NCBI GenBank assembly: GCA_943350875.1
Contig: CALRAL010000001.1
Coordinates: forward strand, 68,992-132,991
Length of the DNA stretch: 64,000 nt
Source: Candidatus Nomurabacteria bacterium
GTDB taxonomy: Bacteria; Patescibacteriota; Minisyncoccia; Phycocordibacterales; UBA9973
Direction: 5' to 3'
The position numbers and the translations under genes are program-made. The notes under the pieces were generated by a model. The model made no database searches and had not been told where the DNA came from. It was given only the letters and a program-made list of their open reading frames with translations. Positions 18,400 through 26,255 of the stretch are shown here, piece by piece. Position 1 is the stretch's first letter. The number at the start of each line of letters is the position of its first letter.

Positions 18400-19689
18400 A
18401 TGCGAGCAAATTTTCAAATAATCGTCGTTGTAGTCTTTGTTGCTTTAGCCGGTTTTGGCTTGATGGTTTTTTCTGGGCTGATAAAGATAGGTGGTGATAG
18501 TAAGACTAGCGCTTCAGGTACTGTGGTGTTGTGGGGAACTATCAAAAATGAAGCCATTGCACCGATACTGGAAACTTTTAATCAAGTGAATCAAACTTTC
18601 GTGGTGAAATACGTGCAGAAATATCCAGAGACTTTTGACCAAGATTTATTAGAAGCTTTGGCTTCAGGAGTGGGCCCGGATATGTTTTTCTTGCCGGATA
18701 ATCTAGTATTAAAATACTCCAACAAAATATACGCTATACCATATGCTAGCTATCCGCTTGCTTCTTTTAAGAATGTATTTGCCGGAGCAGGGGAGGTGTT
18801 TCTGACTTCCAAAGGTATCTTAGCCCTTCCTATGGCTATCGATCCGTTGGTGATGTATTACAACAGGAGCATGCTTGATGCCAACAACATCATTTATCCA
18901 CCTACGACTTGGAGTGATTTTGTGTCTTTAGTGCCGACTTTGACTAAAAAGGATGAGGGAAATAAAATCATAAAAAGTGGCGCTGCTTTAGGACAATTTA
19001 CTAATGTCACTCATGCCAAAGATATTATCTCTACTTTATTTATGCAAGGAGGGAATAGCATCGTAGCTGAAAAAAGTGGCGCTTTTTATTCTACTCTAGC
19101 AGATTCTCTCACTTCTAATTTAGGCTCTATTTTGAAATTCTATACTGACTTCACTGACCCGACGAAGAACGTGTATTCCTGGAACAGGTCTTTCCCTAGT
19201 TCCACTGATGCATTTTCATCTTCTGACTTGGCGTTTTACTTTGGGTTTGCAAGTGAGCTTTCATCTCTGATAAATAAGAATCCGAATCAAAATTTCTTAG
19301 CTTCGCCTTTCCCTCAGATCAAGAACGCATCCTTCAAATTAACTGGGGCCCATGTGCTGGGGCTAGTAATCTCTGCTTTTTCCAAGAATCCTAGTACTGC
19401 TCTCACAGCGGCAGGGCTCATGTCGAATGGAGATTTTGCTTCCAAACTTACTAATGCGCTCTTTGTGCCTCCAGCTAGGCGTGATTTACTTGGAGCCAAG
19501 CTTACAGATTCATTTTTCCCTGTTTTTTATAATTCTGCCTTGTATGCCAAGAGTTGGCTTGATCCATCACCAAAAGATTCAGATGATATATTCCGTAGTA
19601 TGATCGACAAAGTATTATCAAATAGCTTTTCGCCTGATGATGCTGTCAAAGATGCCAGTTCTAAGCTTGGGCTTTTATTAATTAAATAA
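18400..19689 (+). CDS. Membrane-anchored extracellular solute-binding-protein-like (family 1 SBP-like)
   Basis: N-terminal TM, then VVLWGTIKNE...ALASGVGPDMFFLPDN, the sort of pattern seen in MalE-type SBPs. Confidence 0.4.
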   Translation: MRANFQIIVVVVFVALAGFGLMVFSGLIKIGGDSKTSASGTVVLWGTIKNEAIAPILETFNQVNQTFVVKYVQKYPETFDQDLLEALASGVGPDMFFLPDNLVLKYSNKIYAIPYASYPLASFKNVFAGAGEVFLTSKGILALPMAIDPLVMYYNRSMLDANNIIYPPTTWSDFVSLVPTLTKKDEGNKIIKSGAALGQFTNVTHAKDIISTLFMQGGNSIVAEKSGAFYSTLADSLTSNLGSILKFYTDFTDPTKNVYSWNRSFPSSTDAFSSSDLAFYFGFASELSSLINKNPNQNFLASPFPQIKNASFKLTGAHVLGLVISAFSKNPSTALTAAGLMSNGDFASKLTNALFVPPARRDLLGAKLTDSFFPVFYNSALYAKSWLDPSPKDSDDIFRSMIDKVLSNSFSPDDAVKDASSKLGLLLIK

Positions 19690-19693
19690 AATT

Positions 19694-20704
19694 ATGCAAA
19701 AAAAACTGCCAAAATTATTTATTTTTGTTCTAATATTACAAACTATTTTTTTTACCAGGGTTTTTGCGATTCAAACTGAGAATCCTGCCACTCCAGCTTT
19801 GATTGTAAATACTTTTGGCTATTCGGTATTGGGCACGAATTCTTTTAGGCTCGAAGGTACTTATGATGGCAATGTAAATAAAAGAGAGCTCACATATTAT
19901 TTTGAATATGAGACACAAAAGCAAGGATTGCGTGGAGATGGTCTGCATACATACATAGAGAATTCAAAAACGATTCCCATAGTTCAACATCTTTGTTCTA
20001 TAAGTGTGATATGTGACAAGGGACATATTACAGATCATTTTGAGACCACTATCAATCTACTTGATGGCAAGACTTATCGTTTTAGAGCAGTAGCGTATTT
20101 TAATGGTCACGGAGCAGAGCAAAAGTTCTACGGGCAGTGGCTGATATTGACCACTAACCAAGCATTTTTCGGTGGCAATGGCGTCTTATTAACTCCTCCC
20201 TATACTGTAAACAGCAATAACACAGCTGTGCCTTTTACAGGTATAAATTCAACAAATAATAATCCTACTTATAATCCCCTAAATACTGGTCGTTTAAATC
20301 CTACGATTGAATTTAATCCATATCTAGGCGGTACAGGAAATACAAATTCAGATACACCAGTCAAAGGTAATGGTTTGGTGCATTGTGGCAAATCTAATGT
20401 CGACAGTGCGGGTAATCCTGTCACTGCAGATACAGCAGAATGTGGCTTTAATGACATATTTGTGCTCATCAATAACATCTTACATTTTATACTTTTTATC
20501 ATAGCTATACCCATCTCTGCTATTATGTTTGCTTATGCAGGATTTCTGTATCTGACCTCGGGCGGAGGAGAGCAAGTCAGCAAAGCCAAGGGGATATTTA
20601 GCGGGGTGGCGACAGGGCTTGCTATAGCGGCGGGAGCTTGGCTCATAATACATAGCATATTATTACTTTTAGGATATCAAGGTGAATGGTTTGGCTTACA
20701 GTAA
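19694..20704 (+). CDS. Secreted protein with a C-terminal VirB2/TrbC-like two-helix pilin-type domain
   Basis: Signal peptide. The C-terminus (IPISAIMFAYAGFLYLTSGGGEQVSKAKGIFSGVATGLAIAAGAWLII) has the same two-TM plus charged-loop plan as the four small genes downstream. Confidence 0.45.
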   Translation: MQKKLPKLFIFVLILQTIFFTRVFAIQTENPATPALIVNTFGYSVLGTNSFRLEGTYDGNVNKRELTYYFEYETQKQGLRGDGLHTYIENSKTIPIVQHLCSISVICDKGHITDHFETTINLLDGKTYRFRAVAYFNGHGAEQKFYGQWLILTTNQAFFGGNGVLLTPPYTVNSNNTAVPFTGINSTNNNPTYNPLNTGRLNPTIEFNPYLGGTGNTNSDTPVKGNGLVHCGKSNVDSAGNPVTADTAECGFNDIFVLINNILHFILFIIAIPISAIMFAYAGFLYLTSGGGEQVSKAKGIFSGVATGLAIAAGAWLIIHSILLLLGYQGEWFGLQ

Positions 20705-20782
20705 ACCCCACCTGGCCTCCCCTTGTCAGGGGAGGAAAAATAGGTAGTCCCCCTGACAAGGGGGATTTAGGGGGTTAGATTT
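20705..20782. repeat. GC-rich nested-hairpin element, family C, intergenic
   Basis: ctccccttgtcaggggag ... tccccctgacaaggggga ... ttagggggttag; a second copy at 36786-36858 is ~85% identical. Confidence 0.8.
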
Positions 20783-20816
20783 TGCTAAAAATTTTAGTTA
20801 GTATTATAATTAAAGT

Positions 20817-21179
20817 ATGAATTTTATCAAAAATCTTTTCAAAAGAATAAACATAATCGCCCTCATCCTTTTTTTGCCGCTTTTTTCTGTTTCTGCAGAA
20901 TGTGCTGATAAAACAAAAGTTTGTAATCCAATAGGAGCTACTGATATAAATGGATTGATCAAAGACATCTTGATCGGAGTGATAAAGATCAGCATCCCTG
21001 TCATAGCGCTGGCTGTCATATATTCTGGCTTTCTCTTTGTGTCTGCCAGAGGTAGTACGGAAACTTTAGATAAAGCGAAAAAGACTTTGCTTTATACCCT
21101 CATCGGCTCGGCTTTACTACTAGGATCTTGGGCCATAGCGCAACTTATATCTAACACAGTATTAGCGTTACAAATATGA
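20817..21179 (+). CDS. VirB2/TrbC-like pilin-type small membrane protein 1
   Basis: 120 aa: signal peptide, Cys pair, TM1, charged loop (SARGSTETLDKAKK), TM2. Confidence 0.45.
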   Translation: MNFIKNLFKRINIIALILFLPLFSVSAECADKTKVCNPIGATDINGLIKDILIGVIKISIPVIALAVIYSGFLFVSARGSTETLDKAKKTLLYTLIGSALLLGSWAIAQLISNTVLALQI

Positions 21180-21610
21180 AAAAACTAATAAAAACAAAAT
21201 ATCTAGGTTTGACTGCAGGGTTACTTTTAATAATGCCAAATGTTTCCTTTGCAGCTGGTTGCACTCTTCCAGATAATAGTCAGACGAAGATAGCTGATGT
21301 TTTAGATTATGGCACTTGCTTGATCAGTAGCTCTGTTATACCGCTCATTATGTCTTTGGCTACAGCTTCATTTATCTGGGGAGTGGTGCAATTTGTTATA
21401 AATGGCGCTGAGGATACAGAAAAGCGGGAAAAGGGTAAGATGTTTATGATCTGGGGAATATTAGCCTTGACGGTGATGGTGGGCGTGTGGGGGCTGGTGT
21501 CTATCGTAGGGCATACTTTTGGGATAACAAATGTGATCCCGCAAACTGTAAATAATAGTAATTCCGGAACACCTCCACATGTATTGTATGGAGGCGATAA
21601 TGGTGCATAG
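21176..21610 (+). CDS. VirB2/TrbC-like pilin-type small membrane protein 2
   Basis: 144 aa with the same plan; shared KxxMIWGIxxLTVMVGVWGLVSIVGHTFGI block. Confidence 0.45.
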   Translation: MKKLIKTKYLGLTAGLLLIMPNVSFAAGCTLPDNSQTKIADVLDYGTCLISSSVIPLIMSLATASFIWGVVQFVINGAEDTEKREKGKMFMIWGILALTVMVGVWGLVSIVGHTFGITNVIPQTVNNSNSGTPPHVLYGGDNGA

Positions 21611-21673
21611 ATAATTAACACTGTCTATACACTTGCTTTGTTATTTGTGATATAATAGATTATTATTATAAAT

Positions 21674-21706
21674 TTCCGCCAGAGGCGGATCAGCCTTTGG
21701 CTGAAT
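21674..21706 (+). repeat. Two-hairpin GC-rich motif, family D (CCGCC-AGA-GGCGG / CAGCC-TTT-GGCTG)
   Basis: ttccgccagaggcggatcagcctttggctgaa. The copy at 51961-51992 differs only in its loop nucleotides. Confidence 0.7.
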
Positions 21707-21755
21707 TATTAAAATAAAGAGCGTAGCGATTATATTTAAATAAATTTTTTATACT

Positions 21756-21788
21756 CACTTCGTTCGTTAAAAATCAATTATGAAAAAG
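21756..21788 (+). promoter_or_regulatory. Conserved leader/translation-initiation motif TTCGTTCGTTAAAAATCAATT-ATG
   Basis: cacttcgttcgttaaaaatcaattatgaaaaag. A near-identical 24/26 copy precedes typA at 33850-33880. Confidence 0.5.
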
Positions 21789-22175
21789 AAATTAATGTTT
21801 TTGTCGGGAGCTGGTCTAGCATTGGCTCCAATGCTTGCTTTTGCTCAAGCCAATCAGCCACAATGTGGTACACCAGGTTCAGATATAGGTTATATTATTT
21901 GTAAAATTGGTGCTTTACTAAATACAGTTATTCCTATATTGATAACTCTTGGAGTAATTTATTTCATTTGGGGAGTTATTAGCTATGTGGTAGCAGGAGA
22001 TGAAGAGGCTAAAACAGCTGGTAGAGATAAAATGATTTTTGGTATCATTGGTCTAGTAGTGATCATTGGTATGTGGGGCCTTGTAGGTATAGTTTCTAGA
22101 ACTTTTGGGATAGGTCAAGGTGGTGGTAATAATATTATCATTCCTTGTGTTCCTTATGAAGGTCATTCTTGTTAA
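21780..22175 (+). CDS. VirB2/TrbC-like pilin-type small membrane protein 3
   Basis: 131 aa; same SP / Cys / TM-loop-TM plan (DEEAKTAGRDKMIFGIIGLVVIIGMWGLVGIVSRTFGI). Confidence 0.45.
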   Translation: MKKKLMFLSGAGLALAPMLAFAQANQPQCGTPGSDIGYIICKIGALLNTVIPILITLGVIYFIWGVISYVVAGDEEAKTAGRDKMIFGIIGLVVIIGMWGLVGIVSRTFGIGQGGGNNIIIPCVPYEGHSC

Positions 22176-22193
22176 TTAATTCAATCATATAGG

Positions 22194-22538
22194 ATGAATT
22201 TATTCTCTACAAATATAGCTTATGCGAGCGTGGATTCTTTTGTGGCGAATGTTGATCGACTGATCATAAATCCACTTATCATCTTTCTCTTTGCTTTGGC
22301 TTTAGCTTTCTTCCTCTACGGAGTATTTGAATTTATCTTAAATCAAGACAATGACGAGAAGAAAACGCAAGGCAAAAGCCATATGATCTGGGGGATAATA
22401 GGACTGACTATCATGTTTGGAGTGTGGACTATTCTGAATATACTTTTAAGGACTTTTAATATAACAGACATAAATCCAAAGAAAGGAGAAGTAAAATTGA
22501 ATGATTATAGTCCAACTTTAAATGAACTAAAGAATTAA
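22194..22538 (+). CDS. VirB2/TrbC-like pilin-type small membrane protein 4 (no signal peptide)
   Basis: 114 aa; TM-loop-TM with KSHMIWGIIGLTIMFGVWTILNILLRTFNI. Confidence 0.4.
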   Translation: MNLFSTNIAYASVDSFVANVDRLIINPLIIFLFALALAFFLYGVFEFILNQDNDEKKTQGKSHMIWGIIGLTIMFGVWTILNILLRTFNITDINPKKGEVKLNDYSPTLNELKN

Positions 22539-22544
22539 AAAATA

Positions 22545-22577
22545 AAAACCCGAGTATCTCGGGTTTTTATTTTTTGT
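22545..22577. terminator. Bidirectional rho-independent terminator
   Basis: aaaaacccgagtatctcgggtttttatttttt between convergent genes. Confidence 0.85.
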
Positions 22578-22587
22578 AGTATTTATT

Positions 22588-23394
22588 TTAAGCGTGTTTG
22601 AGAGGCGTATGTTTATTTTCTTCTCTTACGAGTAATTTTCTAATTAGAATTACGAACAATAGGATCAAGATAAACAATAGTAACCATTGAATCAAACTCG
22701 AAGGCATAAAGCTATTTGTACCAAATATGGCGTTCGCAGCTAAGCTCCCAAAAGTGTTTGGGGTAGTTGTTTTAGCCACAGCCTTTGTTGTAGTTGTTTT
22801 TTTGACAGAAGCAGTATATACAGGCGGAGTCTTGGTGATACTTCCATTTGCTATAACATTATGGCTAACATTGAAATAAGCTGCATTTGACAAACCATTA
22901 CTCTGATACAAATTCCCATTATAAACTGTGATGAGGTAATCTCCCGAGACAGAAAAGTCGTTTGAATTTAATTGCATAAGTAGGGTAGCAGAGTTTATGT
23001 AAGTTGTCATACGGCTAGAGCTATTCCAACGAGCAACAGATGAAGCAGTGAAATTGTTCCCGTAGATTGTGACAGTTAGCCCAGTATTGCCTGAAGCCGT
23101 AGCATTGGGAGTGATAGAATATATCACTGGAGTAGGGATATTTTGATTGTTGTAATAGCCGTTATTATAATAACCGTTATTGTAGTTATAATTACTATTA
23201 TTATATCCATCACAAGGTTCATTAGTATCTCCGAAATAATAGTGCCAAGCACCATAAGTTTGACAAGCACTAGCCTTTGCAGGCATTAAGAATAACACGG
23301 CTAAAGCCAAAATAGCTGATAATATAAGGGTATTTATGACTATATTTCTTTTTGTTTTATTGTTTATTTTACTCATATAAGGATAGTATAGCAT
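22588..23394 (-). CDS. Asn/Tyr-rich cell-surface protein with a TIG/IPT-like domain and a C-terminal TM anchor
   Basis: N-terminal signal/TM, low-complexity NYNNGYYNNGYYNN, VIYSITPNATASG...TVYNGN, and a C-terminal hydrophobic anchor with basic tail. Confidence 0.5.
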   Translation of the reverse strand: MLYYPYMSKINNKTKRNIVINTLILSAILALAVLFLMPAKASACQTYGAWHYYFGDTNEPCDGYNNSNYNYNNGYYNNGYYNNQNIPTPVIYSITPNATASGNTGLTVTIYGNNFTASSVARWNSSSRMTTYINSATLLMQLNSNDFSVSGDYLITVYNGNLYQSNGLSNAAYFNVSHNVIANGSITKTPPVYTASVKKTTTTKAVAKTTTPNTFGSLAANAIFGTNSFMPSSLIQWLLLFILILLFVILIRKLLVREENKHTPLKHA

Positions 23395-23416
23395 AATCCA
23401 ATATAAAAGTCAAGTG

Positions 23417-23498
23417 TGCCGTGGGAGGGACTCGAACCCTCAAGTCTTGCGACACTAGTTCCTAAGACTAGCGCGTGTACCAGTTTCGCCACCACGGC
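23417..23498 (-). tRNA. tRNA-Leu (anticodon TAG), long variable arm, no encoded CCA
   Basis: Reverse complement GCCGTGGTGGCGAAACTGGTA...CTAGTCTTAGGAACTAG...GGTTCGAGTCCCTCCCACGGCA; acceptor GCCGTGG/CCACGGC. Confidence 0.8.
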
Positions 23499-23599
23499 AT
23501 ATTTTTTTTGTGGTCAGGAATAGTTTTTTACTAAAAACTTCCCCGACCAAGGCTCGTGCCGTCGCACTCCGCCTCGCAAAAAGTACTTATGTACTTTTG

Positions 23600-23672
23600 T
23601 GCGCCCTGAAGGGATCGAACCTTCGACCTTATCCTTAAGAGGGATCTGCTCTACCAGCTGAGCTAAGGGCGC
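23600..23672 (-). tRNA. tRNA-Lys (anticodon CTT)
   Basis: Reverse complement GCGCCCTTAGCTCAGCTGGTAGAGCAGATCCCTCTTAAGGATAAGGTCGAAGGTTCGATCCCTTCAGGGCGCA. Confidence 0.8.
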
Positions 23673-23740
23673 ATGCTATTCAATTTATCATAAAAATTAA
23701 AATTTTGAAAGTTTTATAAAAAATGTTAGATTATAGGTTA

Positions 23741-23815
23741 TGGCCTGGTAGCCAAGTAGTAAGGCATTCCTCTGCAAAAGGAATATACGTGGGTGCGATT
23801 CCCACCCAGGCCTCC
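23741..23815 (+). tRNA. tRNA-Cys (anticodon GCA), encoded CCA
   Basis: GGCCTGGTAGCCAAGTAGTAAGGCATTCCTCTGCAAAAGGAATATACGTGGGTGCGATTCCCACCCAGGCCTCCA. Confidence 0.8.
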
Positions 23816-23830
23816 AGGTAGTAAATAATT

Positions 23831-23912
23831 GCCCGGATGGCGGAACTGGTATACGCGCACGACTTAAAATCGTGTCTCGCAAGGGATGTGGGTTCGATTC
23901 CCACTCCGGGCA
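23831..23912 (+). tRNA. tRNA-Leu (anticodon TAA), long variable arm
   Basis: GCCCGGATGGCGGAACTGGTA...CACGACTTAAAATCGTG...GGTTCGATTCCCACTCCGGGCA. Confidence 0.8.
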
Positions 23913-23917
23913 CAAAT

Positions 23918-24241
23918 TTACTTTGTACGGAGCAATTCGTCAATCTTTTGGCGGTTCTTTTCTCCGAGGTCTATTTCTATATCTATGAACGGAATAACTT
24001 TTGTTCTCAAATTCTTTTTGATAAATTCCCGTAACTCCCCACGTTTCCTTTTAGCAAAGTCCAACATATCATGTTCTTTCTCTTCTGGAAACACTGTCAT
24101 AAACACCGTGGCACGTTTTAAGTCAGGAGAAGTGGTACAAGAGGTGACAGTGACGAGAGAAGTTTTATTGTTTTCTCTACCTAAGAATTGGGCCGACAGC
24201 TCTTTGATTAGATTTTCTGCTTTTTGTTGTCTCTGATTCAT
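23918..24241 (-). CDS. rbfA: Ribosome-binding factor A
   Basis: LVTVTSCTTSPDLKRATVFMTVF (RbfA KH-like core); located immediately downstream of infB. Confidence 0.8.
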   Translation of the reverse strand: MNQRQQKAENLIKELSAQFLGRENNKTSLVTVTSCTTSPDLKRATVFMTVFPEEKEHDMLDFAKRKRGELREFIKKNLRTKVIPFIDIEIDLGEKNRQKIDELLRTK

Positions 24242-24244
24242 TTT

Positions 24245-25771
24245 TTATTTTTGAATAATAGCAAAAGATTCTAATACGTCTCCTGGCACTATCTCTATCT
24301 TTGATTCAATCATCATGCCGAATTCTGTACCTTCCTCGACGGTGCTTGTTTTAGTTTTGCCTTTCTCCAAATTCACTATTTTAGCTCTACCTATTTCAAA
24401 TTCTCTACGCATTATTTTTACTGTTTCCATAACGCTGATTTTTCCTTCAGTGACCTTCCCCCCGACTATCTGTCTTTCTTTTGTTTTACTAAAAGCTTTC
24501 AAAACTTTTGCTCTACCTGTCACCTCAGTGCTTTCTATCCTTGGCCTTCTGCCTTCCATCTCGAGAGTGAGCCACTCAGTCATTTTATATATTATGTCAA
24601 AAAGAGAAATCGGGATGTTTCTTTTTTGAGCGAGTTCAGATGCATTTTTATCTACTTTTACATTAAATCCTATAACAATGATGTTTTCACTGGAAGAAAT
24701 ATTTTTTATATCTGTTTCAGATACTGGGCCTGTGCCTTTGCTTACTATTTTAAATTCTGCACTCTCACTTTTTATTTTTTCGATTTCTTTCTCAATTGCC
24801 TCTATGGACCCAAATGCATCAGCTTTTAGAATCACTGGGATTATCTTTTTATCACTCCCAGTTTCTTCTTTATTTTTCCCTAGACTAACCCTAGGGGATT
24901 TTGCTAGCTGGTTGTTTTTAAAATCCTCGATACATTTTAATGCTTCATCTTTTTTCAAAAAAGATTGAAATTCTCCACCTATCTTTGGCATTTTATCGAA
25001 TCCAACCAATCTGACAGGGGAGGAGAAACTAGATTCTTTTATTGTTTTACCGTGAAAGTCTTCCATTATGCGAGTTCCACATATTGCATCTTCTACTATC
25101 ACCGTCATTCCATTTTTTAAAGTACCATTCTTTATTATCAATGTCGCTTCTGTCCCGCGTTTTCTATCTAGATTTGTTTCTAATACAAAACCAGATGCAT
25201 TCTCATTCTCATCTCCTGTAAAATTCTCCATTTCAGCTAAAATTAAGATTAAAGATAGCAGATTGTCTATACCTACGCCTGTTTTAGAAGAGATCTCAGC
25301 AACAGGAGTTTTACCGCCATAATTCTCAAGATATATTTCATTCTCGGCGAGTTCCATTTTTGTTTTCTCAATATTGGACCCTGGTTTATCTATTTTATTT
25401 ATTGCTACTATGACCGGAGTTTTACTTCCAATTATTGTTTTCCATGCTTCAATAGTCTGGGGTTTTACTCCATCTTCGGCAGACACTACTAATATGGCGA
25501 TATCCGCAATCTTGGCTCCGCGTTCACGCATTTTAGAAAATGCTTCGTGGCCGGGTGTGTCTAGGAAAGTTATCTTGCTGTTCTTTCCGTGTTCGTCTTT
25601 ATGAATCACTTCATAAGCAGAAATACGCTGAGTGATACCTCCTACTTCTTTTTCGGTGATGTTTGTTTTTCTTATATAATCTAAAAGCGTCGATTTACCA
25701 TGATCCACATGGCCCATCACTACGACGACCGGAGGTCTCTCTATTATTTTTTCTTTTGTATTTGTTGTCAT
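24245..25771 (-). CDS. infB: Translation initiation factor IF-2 (compact, lacks the long N-terminal region)
   Basis: [33 protein letters not shown]-domain motifs plus beta-barrel domains. Confidence 0.93.
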   Translation of the reverse strand: MTTNTKEKIIERPPVVVVMGHVDHGKSTLLDYIRKTNITEKEVGGITQRISAYEVIHKDEHGKNSKITFLDTPGHEAFSKMRERGAKIADIAILVVSAEDGVKPQTIEAWKTIIGSKTPVIVAINKIDKPGSNIEKTKMELAENEIYLENYGGKTPVAEISSKTGVGIDNLLSLILILAEMENFTGDENENASGFVLETNLDRKRGTEATLIIKNGTLKNGMTVIVEDAICGTRIMEDFHGKTIKESSFSSPVRLVGFDKMPKIGGEFQSFLKKDEALKCIEDFKNNQLAKSPRVSLGKNKEETGSDKKIIPVILKADAFGSIEAIEKEIEKIKSESAEFKIVSKGTGPVSETDIKNISSSENIIVIGFNVKVDKNASELAQKRNIPISLFDIIYKMTEWLTLEMEGRRPRIESTEVTGRAKVLKAFSKTKERQIVGGKVTEGKISVMETVKIMRREFEIGRAKIVNLEKGKTKTSTVEEGTEFGMMIESKIEIVPGDVLESFAIIQK

Positions 25772-25775
25772 TTTA

Positions 25776-26231
25776 TTAAACCTTAGCTTTTTCCAGGATG
25801 TCTTTTTCTTCTTTAGTCAATTCATATTCTGATTTACCGTTCTTTACAGGCTTAGCGAAAACACTCATTCTATCTCTAGAATACAAACTAGATATAACCA
25901 CTCCATCTCCTTCTTCATTTAACATTCCAATAGCAAAGCTCTGATTGCTACCTTGATCAGTGAATGGATTAAAACGAATAGTTTCAACACCTCTAATACT
26001 TTTCTTCAATTTTTGATTTACAACGGTGAGTTCTTTCTCAGTTTTTTCTTTTGCATTTTTTAATTTAGAAATATCTTCTTCGAGAGTTGAAATTGTGTCT
26101 TCTAAATCTTTTGCTTTCTTACCAAGAAAGAACTTTTTTAGGCGCTTTTCTGTTTTGACAATCCAAAGAGCTTCCACTAGAATGACAATTCCGGCTAAAA
26201 TCAAAAAAAGGCTTTCGAGCTTTATATTCAT
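25776..26231 (-). CDS. Membrane-anchored coiled-coil protein (hypothetical)
   Basis: N-terminal TM followed by heptad-like KELTVVNQKLKK region. Confidence 0.45.
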   Translation of the reverse strand: MNIKLESLFLILAGIVILVEALWIVKTEKRLKKFFLGKKAKDLEDTISTLEEDISKLKNAKEKTEKELTVVNQKLKKSIRGVETIRFNPFTDQGSNQSFAIGMLNEEGDGVVISSLYSRDRMSVFAKPVKNGKSEYELTKEEKDILEKAKV

Positions 26232-26255
26232 ATCATTTCAATATATACTATTTTT

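Noticed and set aside
20560-20660. GC-rich stretch inside the 19694-20704 CDS as another inserted repeat
   Set aside because: It encodes a Gly/Ala-rich TM-loop region (GGGEQVSKAKGIFSGVATGLAIAAGAW) that is conserved in position with the small pilin-like paralogs. The composition is explained by amino-acid content, and no palindrome was found.
23697-24236. Track ORFs 23697-23915(-), 23731-23943(-), 23837-24034(+), 23886-24236(+)
   Set aside because: They overlap the tRNA-Cys and tRNA-Leu genes and the rbfA CDS. The tRNA cloverleaf signatures and the RbfA motif on the minus strand explain the region.
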